Source: Callorhinchus milii
Lineage: Eukaryota
Direction: 5' to 3'
Assembly: GCF_018977255.1 (NCBI RefSeq)
Contig: NW_024704743.1
Location: forward strand, 67,210,001 to 67,274,000
DNA: 64,000 nucleotides
In this document: piece after piece, positions 62,075 to 64,000 of the stretch
Layout: every line of letters starts with the position of its first letter
Numbering within the stretch: position 1 is the stretch's first letter
Program-made: the position numbers and the translations under genes
Notes under the pieces: generated by a model
Told to the model about the DNA's origin: nothing
Databases searched by the model: none
The model's input: the letters and a program-made list of their open reading frames with translations, nothing else

Positions 62075-63769
62075 CTGTAAGAATCAAGATTTCTTCCTAT
62101 TAAATACAGTTTCAGGCCTGGTTAAAAGCAATGAACCTCCTTCATTCAACACCTTTTTAATACCTTAGAAAATGGAAATGATACAAATCCTGTATATGTT
62201 TACATTTAATGTCATAATAAATATTTGGAGACAGAACCACAGCAACTAATTATATCTGTCAACACTTATAGGAAATTTGATAGAAAGTTGCTACTGGAGT
62301 AACAATACAAATATAAAGCAGGTATGAAAACAAACTCAACACTAGATTCATGCTTGCATACGACCAAGTTATATTGCATTTGACATAGTACCTTTCACAA
62401 CAGGATGACATCTCCAAGCGCTCCACGGGACTTACTGTAAAATATAGTGACTGTATTGTGTAAGTGAACACAGCAAACAATCTACATACAGCAATGACCC
62501 AGAAACAACCATTAAGTGAATGACCAATTTTATTTGAGGGATTGTTAGCCAGGACTCAGGGAGAAACTTTCTTCTCTTTCTGAATAGGCAGATGAGGCCT
62601 TGGTTTAACATCTTACACAAAGAACAACATCCCCAAAAATACAGCACATGCTTGGCATTGTATTGGATTATCAGCCTGGACTGTGAGTTCAAAGTCCTGA
62701 CATTTAAGAAGAGAGAGTTAGAAGTGAGAGTGTTGGCAACTGAGACCAGCTATCACTGAATTTTGCAAGTAAACTATGTTTAAAACCATATGTGTTCCCT
62801 CCTGAAGTGACAGATTGTTCAATAGCTTACTAGTATTGTGAATCAGTAATCCAAACTGCTTCTGGCTGTTGTCTCTGAAGATCAACAAATGGACGCCACT
62901 TAATAGAGGCCAATGAAGTGTGACCCTGGAGTAAGGGATGGCAAAATCCGCCTATTAGTGCCGTACCCTGGAACCTATTCACTGGAGCTTTCAGCAAATT
63001 TACTGTAGCCCTGAGTTAAGAGCATAAGAAAGAGTACAAAGAGAAAAGGCCACAAGCCTCATCGAGCTTATTCATTCCTAACGTCCACATACAATCTGTG
63101 TCATAATGGACTCTTCTGAATTTTATTACTCACCCAAAACAGGCGAATAACAAGAAGCAAAACTTTGGAGAAAATAAAATTCTGAAATGGCTCCCTAAAA
63201 TAATCCCAGGAATCTAATACTGCTTTTACACAATGCAAATCTTTCTCATTGCGGATCTTTCCCAGCAGCTGAACATTCAGCAGTGGCTGTTTTTTTCTTA
63301 CTCATTACATAAGCAATGCAATGGAATCACACACTCTGAACATGTGTGTAAACTTGGCACAGTCTTCTTAATATCCACATAATGACTCCAGTTTATAGAT
63401 CATTGCCAAATGCTTTTGTTAGTAAACCCGATCTGTCAAGCAAATTGCCCTTGGATACAAATCAAGGGTGAGATGATACACAAAGCTATATTTGTTGTTG
63501 TTGTTGTTGGGATACCCTTAAGCAGCCTAAAAGGAAAAATTGGGAAAGTATATTGGTGTCTTGGTACGGATTCAAAGGAATCCATTTTCCCAGGAGGAAC
63601 ATGAACGAGGAAAGCTCAGTACCAAGAGAATGTGCATAAAGTAGGTTTGATTAAATGATTTTGCATGTGGTACATACGTTAGGGAGTAGTATTTGAAAAG
63701 TGTTAAGTTCACTGAAACTCATTTTGCAGCAAAGTTGGTGAATGAAGTTTCTTTTGTATGAACTGAGCT

Positions 63770-64000
63770 GGGTCATATAAGTAAATCTTTGAGGTGGCAG
63801 GACAGGTAGATAAAGCTGTTAAAAAAGCATACGGAATACTAGGTTTTATAAATAGGGGCATAGAATACAAAAGTCAGGAAGTTATGATGAACCTTTATAA
63901 AACACTGGTTAGGCCTCAGCTAAGAGTACTGTGTTCAGTTCTGGGCACCACACTTTAGGAAGGATATCAAGGCATTGGAGCGGGTACAAACGAGATTTAC
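63770..64000 (+). mobile_element. CR1 ORF2 C-terminal fragment running off the window end
   Basis: QVDKAVKKAYGILGFINRGIEYKS...LYKTLVRPQL / YCVQFWAPHFRKDIKALERVQTRFT. Confidence 0.9.

Overview
Vertebrate genomic DNA, most likely from a cartilaginous fish. The repeat complement (GC-rich L2 LINEs with (TTG)n tails, Deu-domain tRNA-SINEs, shark-type CR1 3' ends) points that way, and a chimaera/holocephalan is an inference. The whole window appears to lie inside one large minus-strand gene, CNTNAP2 (Caspr2). Two internal exons are clearly readable: 62074-61941 (134 nt) and 42718-42625 (94 nt). They splice in frame and encode part of the fourth laminin-G domain, and neither is in the supplied ORF track. 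The rest is intron packed with retroelements: one 3.35-kb near-intact L2 (APE endonuclease + RT) nested inside a SINE, about 20 truncated L2s, a 2.8-kb CR1, several SINE generations, a probable solo LTR, a hAT-type MITE and two Penelope-like fragments. I found no convincing new protein-coding system. The most interesting signals are at RNA or structure level: (i) two decayed copies of a minimal type I hammerhead ribozyme whose consensus restores the catalytic core, one of them sense to the CNTNAP2 pre-mRNA about 275 nt after a donor site; (ii) a SINE/L2 pair sharing a 3' hairpin with a compensatory base pair, plus three stages of modular SINE evolution; (iii) L2 subfamily markers, including a shared C-terminal frameshift; (iv) two L2 insertions whose (TTG)n tails abut cryptic 3' splice sites; (v) three strong CTCF-like motifs. 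Repeat boundaries were read by eye and are approximate unless a TSD is cited.
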